Assembly (NCBI GenBank): GCA_001872735.1 | Contig: MNWT01000004.1 | Location: forward strand, 32,364-96,363 | Direction: 5' to 3' | Length of the DNA stretch: 64,000 bases | From: Verrucomicrobia bacterium CG1_02_43_26 | GTDB lineage: Bacteria; Verrucomicrobiota; Verrucomicrobiia; Opitutales; CG1-02-43-26 | Shown here: positions 45,883 to 54,907 of the stretch, piece after piece | How the letters are laid out: each line of letters starts with the position of its first letter | How positions within the stretch are numbered: the first letter of the stretch is position 1 | Program-made: the position numbers and the translations under genes | The notes under the pieces: model-generated | Databases searched by the model: none | What the model was told of the DNA's origin: nothing | Seen by the model: only the letters and a program-made list of their open reading frames with translations

Positions 45883-48800
45883 ATGAATAACCGTAATATA
45901 GAAAAACGAAAATCGTATGAGATGCCAAAATCCAAATTTCAGCAAACGGTGGAGAAATCTGGGGTATTTAGCAACAACAAGTACGGAAAGATTGAATTCA
46001 AGAGTGGGCAAATTGGGTTTGGATACTATACCAAACGCAATATTGGAAGGAACGTTAAATCCTTCATTAGCTTTGGCTTAGGGAAATCTATTCAAGAACG
46101 CAAAAGTGACTATATAAATAAGATTAAGAGCGGGCAAGAAGACGCAAAAATCTTCGACAAGGAGTCAAAGTTAGATAAGGAGAGCAAAAATACCCTAAGG
46201 TCTGCAGTAGAACAGGTAGCGACGAAGAAGATCTTGTTTGATAATAAAGACAACATCACATCTGATATAACCGCTGAAGATGTTTACGATGAGTATTATG
46301 ATACCTATGGAGCAAAGCATTTAGGTATGGAAGTGGAGGAGTTTCAAAAATTGAAAGAAAAGGTATTGGGCACCGAGCAAGAAGATAATCGGGATGTTAG
46401 CAAGGAAGATCAAGAGGATGGATGGGAACTGATAGAGGAGACGAACATTAATAATTGGGAACTGATAGAGGAGGCGAGCATAAAACAGGGCACTAAAGAA
46501 GACTTGATGCTCATGATAGACACTGCGGAGGAATTTAAATTAGGAAAGAAATTGGGAAAGGAATTGCTGGACACTTATTTAAAAGACAAGGACTCCGATA
46601 AAACTTTTAAGGGATTTCAGGAATTCACCGAGAAAATGAACCAAGCAGTAAGCGATTTAAACATAAGGAAAGAATGGGGGATCTCTATATTAGAAGCATA
46701 CCTAGACAATAACGAAAATATCAAAGGCGTTGACGGATTTAATAATTTCATAAAAAACCAAGATAACCTAAAATCATTTATAAATAATTTAAAAAATGAG
46801 ATTATCGATGAAGTTAATAACCATGATTTTGAAAAAGCAGAGATAAATGACCTGAAATCGCTGAGTTATTTAGAAGTGATTGTAAAGTGCGGAAATAAAG
46901 ACCTGCAAAACGCCTTGTTGGGGGCGATTACGGCTGGCTTGGTGGATGATGTTAAGAATATTCATAGCTTAGACTCCGGGGTAAGTCTCAACAAGCGCGG
47001 TTCTTGGCATCAGGGATTAATTCATTACATATTAGGTAATATCAGCGAAGCCACTGATGATGATACGTTAGTAACACTAAACAAATTTTACACAAATACC
47101 CTCACTACAGATCTAGAAAAGGCAAAAGAAGTAATCGCGCTCATTAAGAACGAAGCTACGAAAAATAAAGCACTTCATAGATACGCCAATACAGCAATTG
47201 TGTTTAAGCAGTACGTTTTAGCAGAAGAGGCGCTCAGCAAAACAGAAGTATCTGGTGAGAGAGACGATCTTTATAAAAAACTGGCAGTTCAATATTTGGC
47301 TCTAGAAACACCAGATTACGAGAAGGCCAGCGCCGCCATTGCGAAGATTGACGATACAGATCTAAGAGATTTGCAATACAAGGCTCTCTGTGAGCATTGC
47401 TGTAATCAGAAAATGCCAAACTTTGAAATCGCGAAAAAGGCTATAGACGCCATCGATGACAAAGACACAAAGATGACAGCTTTTAATGTATACGTTAAAA
47501 AATTGGTAGACAATAAGGGATTTAAACTCGCTGAAAAGGCTATAGATGCCATCGTTGACGAAGACACACAAAAGAAGGTTTCCAATGAATATGCTAAAAA
47601 ATTGATAGCAAATAAGGAATCTGAAAAAATTGATAAATTCCTTAAAGACCATGAGCTCAGCGATCAATCCATATATAGAAATGCAATTAATTTATACTTG
47701 GAAGAAGAGTACCTAAATAAATGCGAAAATGAAGATTCACTTAAGGAGCATATTGAGAACAAAATCGACCCTCTTTTAAAGAACATTTCGGATAAAAAAT
47801 TGACCAATGAGATAAAAGATATAATCGCAGAAAAATTGATTACTTTTTGCTACAAAAAGGGCTTCACAAAAACACTCTACGATTACCTTTCATCTACAGG
47901 AAGTAAGATTAAGGGTAATTTTAGAGAGAACCTTATTAAGGATATCAATAACACACTAAAAGAGGGCAAGATCGATAACGCACAACTGAACCTCTTAATC
48001 GCCATTGATAAAAATGGCTTTAAGGAGTTAACTATTTCTGAAAATCAAATAAAAGAACATTTTTTTGGAAAACTTCAGGGAAGCACCAAAAGTAAAAAAG
48101 GGGATGAAGCGAAATTTTATTTTAATGTTTATGAGAAATTAACTCAGGCAACAACGGAAGAAATTTTGATCGAGCTACTAACGAGCGATCAAAGACTTAC
48201 AATAGAAACGTGTATAACACTATTTGGGCTAAACAAGAACGAAGCGAATTTTTATTATGCCAAACATTTGATAGACCGGCTTAGCTCGAATGCGCTAGAC
48301 GTGCCAATAATAATAGTCGATTTATTAAAGAACAACTCATACGACACAGACCAAATGCTGAGTAAAGAAGTCGCTGCTCTATATGGCGGGCTTTTCTTCA
48401 ATGTAGACATGAAAGACGATGAACGCACCTGGCAAAATTGCGCAAAGCAAATTATAGCCCTTCAGCAGTTTGATGAAATCAATAAACTCATCAACCGCTT
48501 GGAATCAGATGAAGATAAAAACAGACTTACTAAAATTGATTATTTGCTAAGCTTATTGGACAAAGAAAGTAAAAACCCAAAGGCGGCCTTGGTATTGATA
48601 AACGCCTATTGTTTACTGGCAAAAGAGAAGCCTGAATACCTTGATAAGGCTATTGCGCTCGTGAATGACAACAAAACGCCCGTTTCGATGGAACTTATCA
48701 CTATTTTATACGAAAAAATCAAGGATCTGGACAAATTCAAGAATGATAAGAAGTATATTAATGAGTATCAAAAAGATGTGGAGCGCTTTATTGAAATGGC

Positions 48801-49206
48801 TGGCAAAGTCGATAAAAAAGAGACCAATGATGTTAAGAATGTTAGTGTCATGTTTTCATCCTTCTTTTTGCAGCTTTCATTCAAAAGCAAAAAGGATTTC
48901 CAATTTGCTAACGCGATAGCGAGTATCCCAACCCTAATCACTAAGATGCAAGAAGCCGAAATAACAGAAGGTAAAAGCTGGCGATATATGCTATTCCAGG
49001 ATTTATTTCTTACCTACGCAGAAAAAACACTACGGAGCAGTCAAGCCGAGAAAGCACTGGAAAAACTTGCCCCAAAGGAACTGCAGGGGGAATACAAAGA
49101 GCTGATCATGAAAAATTTAGGGCGTAACCCCAGCAAAAAGATCAAAACTTACTATAAAACTTTTTTTGGAACTTCGTTTGATGAGGATTCAAAGAAAAAT
49201 AATTAG
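45883..49206 (+). CDS. 1107-aa helical-repeat protein carrying the same N-terminal module as 32818..35625
   Basis: GLGKSIQERKSDYINKI, SDITAEDVYDEYYDTYGAKHLGMEVEEFQKLKEKVLG and LMLMIDTAEEFKLGKKLGKELLDTYL align with the N-terminus of 32818..35625. The centre has ~35-aa helical repeats (A.KAIDAI.D.DT...). The sequence is AT-rich and K/E/N-rich, with no signal peptide. Confidence 0.8.
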   Translation: MNNRNIEKRKSYEMPKSKFQQTVEKSGVFSNNKYGKIEFKSGQIGFGYYTKRNIGRNVKSFISFGLGKSIQERKSDYINKIKSGQEDAKIFDKESKLDKESKNTLRSAVEQVATKKILFDNKDNITSDITAEDVYDEYYDTYGAKHLGMEVEEFQKLKEKVLGTEQEDNRDVSKEDQEDGWELIEETNINNWELIEEASIKQGTKEDLMLMIDTAEEFKLGKKLGKELLDTYLKDKDSDKTFKGFQEFTEKMNQAVSDLNIRKEWGISILEAYLDNNENIKGVDGFNNFIKNQDNLKSFINNLKNEIIDEVNNHDFEKAEINDLKSLSYLEVIVKCGNKDLQNALLGAITAGLVDDVKNIHSLDSGVSLNKRGSWHQGLIHYILGNISEATDDDTLVTLNKFYTNTLTTDLEKAKEVIALIKNEATKNKALHRYANTAIVFKQYVLAEEALSKTEVSGERDDLYKKLAVQYLALETPDYEKASAAIAKIDDTDLRDLQYKALCEHCCNQKMPNFEIAKKAIDAIDDKDTKMTAFNVYVKKLVDNKGFKLAEKAIDAIVDEDTQKKVSNEYAKKLIANKESEKIDKFLKDHELSDQSIYRNAINLYLEEEYLNKCENEDSLKEHIENKIDPLLKNISDKKLTNEIKDIIAEKLITFCYKKGFTKTLYDYLSSTGSKIKGNFRENLIKDINNTLKEGKIDNAQLNLLIAIDKNGFKELTISENQIKEHFFGKLQGSTKSKKGDEAKFYFNVYEKLTQATTEEILIELLTSDQRLTIETCITLFGLNKNEANFYYAKHLIDRLSSNALDVPIIIVDLLKNNSYDTDQMLSKEVAALYGGLFFNVDMKDDERTWQNCAKQIIALQQFDEINKLINRLESDEDKNRLTKIDYLLSLLDKESKNPKAALVLINAYCLLAKEKPEYLDKAIALVNDNKTPVSMELITILYEKIKDLDKFKNDKKYINEYQKDVERFIEMAGKVDKKETNDVKNVSVMFSSFFLQLSFKSKKDFQFANAIASIPTLITKMQEAEITEGKSWRYMLFQDLFLTYAEKTLRSSQAEKALEKLAPKELQGEYKELIMKNLGRNPSKKIKTYYKTFFGTSFDEDSKKNN

Positions 49207-49286
49207 TAACCAGTAAGCCTCCCACCCTTTAACCGGCAGGAAAAACGTACGAACTCCAAGATTTATCTCTGGATATTTACAAGATC

Positions 49287-49347
49287 ACGCATCACCATCA
49301 GTCCATCTATAAATAGAATAGACTGATGGTGATGCGTTAGGTCTTTT
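49287..49347 (+). terminator. 17-bp perfect inverted repeat plus T-tract downstream of 45883..49206
   Basis: ACGCATCACCATCAGTC-(17 nt)-GACTGATGGTGATGCGT, then TAGGTCTTTT. Confidence 0.5.
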
Positions 49348-49349
49348 GG

Positions 49350-49408
49350 AAAAAAGTTCGGCCTGAGAAGAAAATGCATGTAGCATTCTCGCTTAAGCTT
49401 CTTCTCAG
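49350..49408 (-). terminator. candidate terminator of 49425..49973
   Basis: The minus strand reads CTGAGAAGAA-(26 nt with an inner hairpin)-TTCTTCTCAG, then GCCGAACTTTTTT. Confidence 0.45.
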
Positions 49409-49424
49409 TTATTTATTTAGGCTT

Positions 49425-49973
49425 TTATCGAGTGCGGTATGTTAATTTATCCAGCCCATCGAAGTCTGTATCAATACGAATATTTGTTATACTAGCGGAA
49501 CCATCAATCGTGAGCACGATGGTAACTTCGCCCACTGCCTTTCCGGATTCATCGAGCAATTTGGCCTTAACCGGTTGCCTAAATAGGTCGCTTTTTAGGG
49601 TAACTGTTTCAATTTTACCAGTTGCGGTACCCATATAAACCCTTTCACGATCGGGGCCCATGAGATATTTATCCACGGTAAACGCGCAAGCTAGTACAAT
49701 TTCAGAAAGATTCTTGATTGCATCCGGTCCGAGGACTACTTCCTGGTTTACGGTGCCCCTGAAAGCCTTGACAACATCAGAACCCTCGCCGGGTACCGGT
49801 TTCAATGTGAGCACTAGGTCATTAAAGTTGACGTTTGTAAACCGTTCCCCCCAATTACTCAGGACACGAAACTCGGTAGTAAATTTATCGATACCGTAGG
49901 CTAAGCCTACCCCAACCTGAAGCGCAAGGAATACCCCCACGAAAGCCATCAAAATACTTGCTTTTTTTAACAT
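49425..49973 (-). CDS. small secreted hypothetical protein
   Basis: It has a signal peptide (MLKKASILMAFVGVFLALQVGVGLA). The KFTTEFRVLSNW...DLVLTL block resembles NFTVDFHVWGGW...DLQITF of 43104..43643. Confidence 0.6.
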   Translation of the reverse strand: MLKKASILMAFVGVFLALQVGVGLAYGIDKFTTEFRVLSNWGERFTNVNFNDLVLTLKPVPGEGSDVVKAFRGTVNQEVVLGPDAIKNLSEIVLACAFTVDKYLMGPDRERVYMGTATGKIETVTLKSDLFRQPVKAKLLDESGKAVGEVTIVLTIDGSASITNIRIDTDFDGLDKLTYRTR

Positions 49974-49985
49974 AATAAATAATCC

Positions 49986-50055
49986 CTCCTGTTTTTTGTA
50001 GTCATTTTACAACCCCAACATACCCCCTAATGAGGGAATGTCAAAAAAACAGGAG
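49986..50055 (-). promoter_or_regulatory. 5'-leader hairpin that sequesters the Shine-Dalgarno of 49425..49973
   Basis: In the minus-strand RNA, CUCCUGUUUUUUUG (50055-50042) pairs with CAAAAAACAGGAG (49998-49986), giving 13 bp and one bulge. The downstream arm runs into GGAGGG, 11 nt before the AUG. Confidence 0.45.
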
Positions 50056-50234
50056 TTATTTTGCGATCGCATTTTTTGTTGGGTACCAAACAGTGATAGT
50101 TTTGACGGCTGCCAGAAAGATTTTTTATAAAAACGGAAAATGTAATTCTAATTGCATAAAACACTCCTATGCACTAGAGTTAATCTTGAAATACTAGTTA
50201 AGCAATTGGCATTAGAGGATTCCCGGCCAAGGTT

Positions 50235-51047
50235 ATGAGATCACGTTTTATCCCTTATTTATTTTTCTTTGTTACCCAAGCATCCGTCCTAACGAGCTTG
50301 GTTTCGGCATCTCTTATTAATGAGGAAGCGCCCGCGAGAACGGATACCCTTTCGCAAAAACTGATTAATAATTATTTTATGGCGATAGGGGGGTTGGATC
50401 GGTTTCTGACGATATACTCGATACAAAAAGACGGTATCTTGAAAGAAGGCAAAAACGTCTATATGATAAGCCAATGGCAACTGGAGCCGAATTATTTTCT
50501 TGAGGAAAGGACGTTAAACAAAGGCAACACCAAGACGGAGATCTTAAAAGGCTATAACGGAACCGTTGCCTGGACATATGAGCCGACAGAGAAAACAGCA
50601 CTCCCCGTTGTTTTAAAAGCAGAGGAACGTGAAGAACTGCTACGCAATGCTGATTTTTACGGATCCTTTTACGAGCATAGCCAACGAGGGATTATTTTCG
50701 AGTATCGCGGTACCGCAACCTCTAAAGGCAGAAAGCAGTATCTTGTAAAAGGATATTTCCCGGATAAACAGGCCGTGTATTACTATTTTGATGCCAAGAC
50801 GTTTTTAGTGACCCGCCTTGGAACAACTCGAATGATCCAAGGCAATAGGGTTGAGCACGATCTTTATATTGACCAATATTACCTTGTAAACGGGATATGG
50901 ATGCCCAAAAAGATTTCCTATGGTTACGGCAAAGAAATCTATGGGGAACTGACTTGGAGTGATTTCGAGGTCAATACGGAAATGGACAAAAGTATTTTTA
51001 ATCTTCCCGAACCAAACGAAATTTGGCTAAGATCTAAAGCCAAATGA
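50235..51047 (+). CDS. secreted hypothetical protein (possibly LolA-like fold)
   Basis: It has a signal peptide, and the pattern LINNYFMAIGGLDRF...GYNGTVAWTYEP is reminiscent of lipoprotein-sorting-like proteins. Its stop overlaps the next start (ATGA). Confidence 0.45.
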   Translation: MRSRFIPYLFFFVTQASVLTSLVSASLINEEAPARTDTLSQKLINNYFMAIGGLDRFLTIYSIQKDGILKEGKNVYMISQWQLEPNYFLEERTLNKGNTKTEILKGYNGTVAWTYEPTEKTALPVVLKAEEREELLRNADFYGSFYEHSQRGIIFEYRGTATSKGRKQYLVKGYFPDKQAVYYYFDAKTFLVTRLGTTRMIQGNRVEHDLYIDQYYLVNGIWMPKKISYGYGKEIYGELTWSDFEVNTEMDKSIFNLPEPNEIWLRSKAK

Positions 51048-53434
51048 AATTCACGAAAGGGGAAAGGAAAATAGCGTTAAGTGTGCGGGAGTTTGCGGAG
51101 TTCCAGGAAGGACCGTCTCCCTTTAAACGTGAATATACAAGCCCCTCGCGGCTAGCCCAGGGAGTTGCCTGCCATAACGACATCAATGCCCTTACCCGCA
51201 AACAGGAACTGGAGGCGTTGTTTGAAGTTTCCGTAAAAGGGACATGGGTACATAAAAGCTGGCATATCGAGATACAAGGACGTATTGACCAAATTATTAT
51301 CGAAGGAGAACAAGAGAGGACTATCCAGGAGATAAAATCCGTTTCACAAAGGCTTCCCCTACCCTATGAGCAACTGAAGCGAGACTACCCGCATTATTTC
51401 AAACAGCTAGCCACCTATATAGTACTGTCACAATTATTACCTGAAAATAAAGGCATTAGCTTTTCCGGAGAGTTGATCTTTGTGGATATAGCGGACGGGA
51501 CGATGCAAGTTGTACCGCTTAAAGAAGCCGCTGAACAGCTTTTCAAAGAACAGTTGAACCGTATTTACCCCTTTTTGCTGGATCGTTGGGATTATTTAAA
51601 CAAGTTATCCGCCCTACAATTCAATCCCCCCTTCCCTGAATTCAGAGAGGAGCAATGGGTAATCAAAAAAGGTCTTTTTGACTCGATACATTCTAAAAAA
51701 ATAACCTTACTGGAAGCGCCCACCGGATTTGGCAAGACAGGCACGGTACTGGATTTTGCGTTGGGGAAATTAAGAGACGGTGTATATTCCAGAGCCATTT
51801 ACCTGACAGGGAAATCGACAGGGCAGCTGGAGGTGGTCCAGCAATTAGAAAAAATGCTACCGGAGAAAGATTCGTTGCGCTATATACAATTGAGAAACCG
51901 TTCCGAGCATGCCATACGATCCGAACTTCACTCGTGCCAAGCTTACGGCAGCTGCTCGGAAGGTCTAGCGGAGAATTGGGATAAGTATAGTATACATTTA
52001 CCCAGGCTCTTTGACCAAGGGACGATCACAGTTGACCTCGCAAAAGAAGTGGGCGCCCAAACCGGTATTTGCCCGTATGAAATTTCGAGAGCAGCACTCC
52101 CCTACTCGTCTTTCTGGATATGTGATTACAATTATCTGTTTGCCCCGAGCAGCCAAAGTGTTTTAGAAAATCAGATCGATTATGACCCGCGGCAAACGTT
52201 GCTTATTATTGACGAAGCCCATAACTTAGCCTCGCGCGTAGCAGATGTATTTTCATTTGAAGCATTATATAACGATGCAGAAAGCGTTTTAAGCGACTTG
52301 TATTTTGTCCATAAAAGAAAGTCCAAGCTACTCGGCCATTGGAAACGTTGGCTAGAATTCCTAAAAGCCCTTAAGCCGACTGATCGCCTGGAGCTTACCC
52401 TAGAGTATGAGTTAAAAGAAATTTTGAATGACCTGTTTATCAGCTTACAGCATGATGTAATTGAGTATGATTCGTTATCTGCTTACACGAAAGAAACGTT
52501 GTGGGAAATACCACTTAAGCGAAACATCGTGTGTGATGACAATCTTTCGAAATTAGTATGGATCCAGGAATCAGGAAGATTATCCGTTAACTGCTTAGAC
52601 GCGGGCCCTGTGATTGCATCAATCTTGCCCACCTTTAGCAATGTAATATTAATGTCTGCCACGCTTTCTCCGATGGATGCCTACATAAGAAGCATCGGCA
52701 TCAAAAAGGAGCATATACAGTATGTACAAACGAAGTGCGATTGGAGGGACAATGCGTATGATGTGGCGATAGACCGGAGAGTCGATACCCGATTGAAGCA
52801 GCGAGAACAGCATTATGAAGATACAGCCGATACCATTCAACGGATATCAAGTTTTTCAGACACGCCTATTGTTGTGCTATTCCCCTCCTACCAATACGCG
52901 GAAACGGTGTTACCCTATGTAAAAGCAATCAGCCCGTTAACGAGAGTTGTGATACAGCCCCGGGGTGGTAGTTTGCACGAGCAAGCTCGATTTTTGGAAG
53001 AAAGCCTTCGGTACCGCGATGTACTATTCTTGATCCTGGGCAGCGGTTTCTCTGAAAGCATTAATGTACTCGGCGGCAGAATTTCGCATATCATGGTTGT
53101 CGGACCCGCGTTACCCCAAGTAAACCCAGTGCAGAACGCGAAGCTGGAAAAAGCCGAGCAAGAGATGAGTCGAACAGCTGCCTTTCGTGATGTGTACCAA
53201 ATTCCTGCAATCCAGAAAATCAACCAAGCGCTGGGGCGCTTTGTGCGCATGCCCGGGCAACACGCTAAAGTATTGCTCCATTGTAAACGGTTTGCAGAAA
53301 CAGACTACAAGCAACTACTTGCAACGGAATATCAAACAGGGAAGTTAATAAAAACACGGGATGATTTAGAGAACTGGCTTCACGGAACGCTAGTAAACGA
53401 TTCCCGAGAAGAAGACCCTATGCTGAGTTTTTAA
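51044..53434 (+). CDS. PD-(D/E)XK nuclease domain fused to an XPD/DinG-type (Rad3-like) helicase
   Basis: The N-terminal part has GVACH, GRIDQII, IQEIKS (E-x-K) and KQLATY (QxxxY), a RecB-family nuclease motif set. The helicase part has EAPTGFGKTG (Walker A), LLIIDEAHNL (DEAH), and Cys residues between them (HSCQAYGSC...GICPYE...WICDYNY) at the position of the Fe-S domain. Confidence 0.8.
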   Translation: MKFTKGERKIALSVREFAEFQEGPSPFKREYTSPSRLAQGVACHNDINALTRKQELEALFEVSVKGTWVHKSWHIEIQGRIDQIIIEGEQERTIQEIKSVSQRLPLPYEQLKRDYPHYFKQLATYIVLSQLLPENKGISFSGELIFVDIADGTMQVVPLKEAAEQLFKEQLNRIYPFLLDRWDYLNKLSALQFNPPFPEFREEQWVIKKGLFDSIHSKKITLLEAPTGFGKTGTVLDFALGKLRDGVYSRAIYLTGKSTGQLEVVQQLEKMLPEKDSLRYIQLRNRSEHAIRSELHSCQAYGSCSEGLAENWDKYSIHLPRLFDQGTITVDLAKEVGAQTGICPYEISRAALPYSSFWICDYNYLFAPSSQSVLENQIDYDPRQTLLIIDEAHNLASRVADVFSFEALYNDAESVLSDLYFVHKRKSKLLGHWKRWLEFLKALKPTDRLELTLEYELKEILNDLFISLQHDVIEYDSLSAYTKETLWEIPLKRNIVCDDNLSKLVWIQESGRLSVNCLDAGPVIASILPTFSNVILMSATLSPMDAYIRSIGIKKEHIQYVQTKCDWRDNAYDVAIDRRVDTRLKQREQHYEDTADTIQRISSFSDTPIVVLFPSYQYAETVLPYVKAISPLTRVVIQPRGGSLHEQARFLEESLRYRDVLFLILGSGFSESINVLGGRISHIMVVGPALPQVNPVQNAKLEKAEQEMSRTAAFRDVYQIPAIQKINQALGRFVRMPGQHAKVLLHCKRFAETDYKQLLATEYQTGKLIKTRDDLENWLHGTLVNDSREEDPMLSF

Positions 53435-53915
53435 GCGACAGAAAGATGTCCACTTGCGCATTTTGAGGATCTGCGCAACGACTATCATAGACCTCGAAGT
53501 CTGTACGATAGGCACGTTCCCCACCCAGCTCTTCAGGACTCAGTTTCCAAATAGTTTTCCAAGCAGAAATGATCATAGCGGGTATCGGCCCATTATCTGA
53601 AGGAATAACCGCGTAGGAGCGTTTTTCAATAAGGATATCAGAAAAGCCCTCGGCAGGATCTAGGTTGGTAGGGACTTGATAGCCGATAGTGTAATCATAG
53701 TCTCCGCTTTCATCGCTCTCATAAACGGAATAAACGACAAAAACCTTTAAGGGATCGATGACTTGCGGGATTTTAGCCAATAAATTTTCTTCCTGAAAAC
53801 GAGCCCAAAGCGCCGGCATTTTGCCCGTTCCCGACATTTCGGCAGCGTTGTTTGTTCTAACACTGATTCCCCTTACGAGAAAAGCATCTTTGTCTACGAT
53901 CTTAAATAAACCCAT
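53418..53915 (-). CDS. GyrI-like small-molecule-binding domain protein
   Basis: A 165-aa protein. The pattern FLVRGISVRTNNAAE...WARF...YSVYESDESGDYDYTIGYQV...FEVY fits the GyrI-like/effector-binding fold. Confidence 0.6.
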   Translation of the reverse strand: MGLFKIVDKDAFLVRGISVRTNNAAEMSGTGKMPALWARFQEENLLAKIPQVIDPLKVFVVYSVYESDESGDYDYTIGYQVPTNLDPAEGFSDILIEKRSYAVIPSDNGPIPAMIISAWKTIWKLSPEELGGERAYRTDFEVYDSRCADPQNAQVDIFLSLKNSA

Positions 53916-53954
53916 TGCGCTTCCTTTTTGATTTTGATAAAAAGTTTATTCACC

Positions 53955-54905
53955 ATGGTAAGTATAAATGATACCGTATGGCAACGGAAAGATTTAATAG
54001 ATATTGAATCTCTGTCTATTCAAGAAATAGAAGCTGTTTTTCGTGTGGCGAAAGAATATAAAGACCGTCTTGAGGACAGGAGCAACTCATTTACAGAACT
54101 TGAGGGAACGACTGTAGTAAACCTCTTTATTGAGCCGAGCACACGGACACGCGTGGCATTTGAAGTGGCAGCAAAGAAACTAGGCGCAAGCGTCATCAAC
54201 ATAGCCAGCGCCACAAGCAGCCTAACTAAAGGGGAATCCCTGCGCGACACGGCATTAAACTTAAAAGCACTCCAAGCGGACATCGTTATACTGCGGGATA
54301 AAGCGCCCGGATCCTCGCTACAATTAAGTAAATGGCTGGCTATTCCCGTCATCAATGCCGGTGATGGCGCGCACGAACACCCGACACAAGCCCTACTGGA
54401 CTGCTTCACCCTACATGAACAGTTTAAAGGCACTATTAAAGGTAAAAAAGTGACGATATTGGGTGACATCCTGCATAGCCGAGTAGCTCGCTCTAACATA
54501 TGGGCGTTACAAAAACTAGGGGCGGAAGTGACCTTAGCCGGCCCCTTAAATCTGGTACCCAAGGAATTTGAAGCCTTCGGCGTAACAGTTTGCCATGATT
54601 TAAAATCCGCTATACAAGATGCAGACGTAGTCATGTGCCTGCGTATTCAGCAAGAAAGGTTGACGGGATCTGCCTCATCCTTAAAGGAATATAAGCGGTT
54701 ATTCGGGCTGAACAAAGCCAGAATGACCTGGATGAAACCGGATGTAATTATTATGCACCCCGGCCCGATCAATAGAGGCGTGGAGATGGACGCTGACGTG
54801 GCGGATTCTGAGAATTCTGTAATATTAGAACAAGTGACAAACGGTGTCGTCACAAGAATGGCAGTGCTTGCGTATTGTTATAATGCATACAAAAATAAAC
54901 GATAA
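53955..54905 (+). CDS. pyrB: aspartate carbamoyltransferase catalytic subunit
   Basis: EPSTRTRVAFEVA, HEHPTQALLD and IMHPGPINRG are present. I prefer the ATG at 53955 over the TTG at 53928. Confidence 0.92.
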   Translation: MVSINDTVWQRKDLIDIESLSIQEIEAVFRVAKEYKDRLEDRSNSFTELEGTTVVNLFIEPSTRTRVAFEVAAKKLGASVINIASATSSLTKGESLRDTALNLKALQADIVILRDKAPGSSLQLSKWLAIPVINAGDGAHEHPTQALLDCFTLHEQFKGTIKGKKVTILGDILHSRVARSNIWALQKLGAEVTLAGPLNLVPKEFEAFGVTVCHDLKSAIQDADVVMCLRIQQERLTGSASSLKEYKRLFGLNKARMTWMKPDVIIMHPGPINRGVEMDADVADSENSVILEQVTNGVVTRMAVLAYCYNAYKNKR

Positions 54906-54907
54906 TT

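Noticed and set aside
47362-47667. A 101-aa antisense ORF inside the 1107-aa gene, together with similar antisense ORFs at 17742..18125, 20506..20967, 38045..38440 and 44633..45106.
   Set aside because: All lie opposite stronger, motif-supported genes and have hydrophobic or low-complexity translations with no motifs. They are shadow ORFs.
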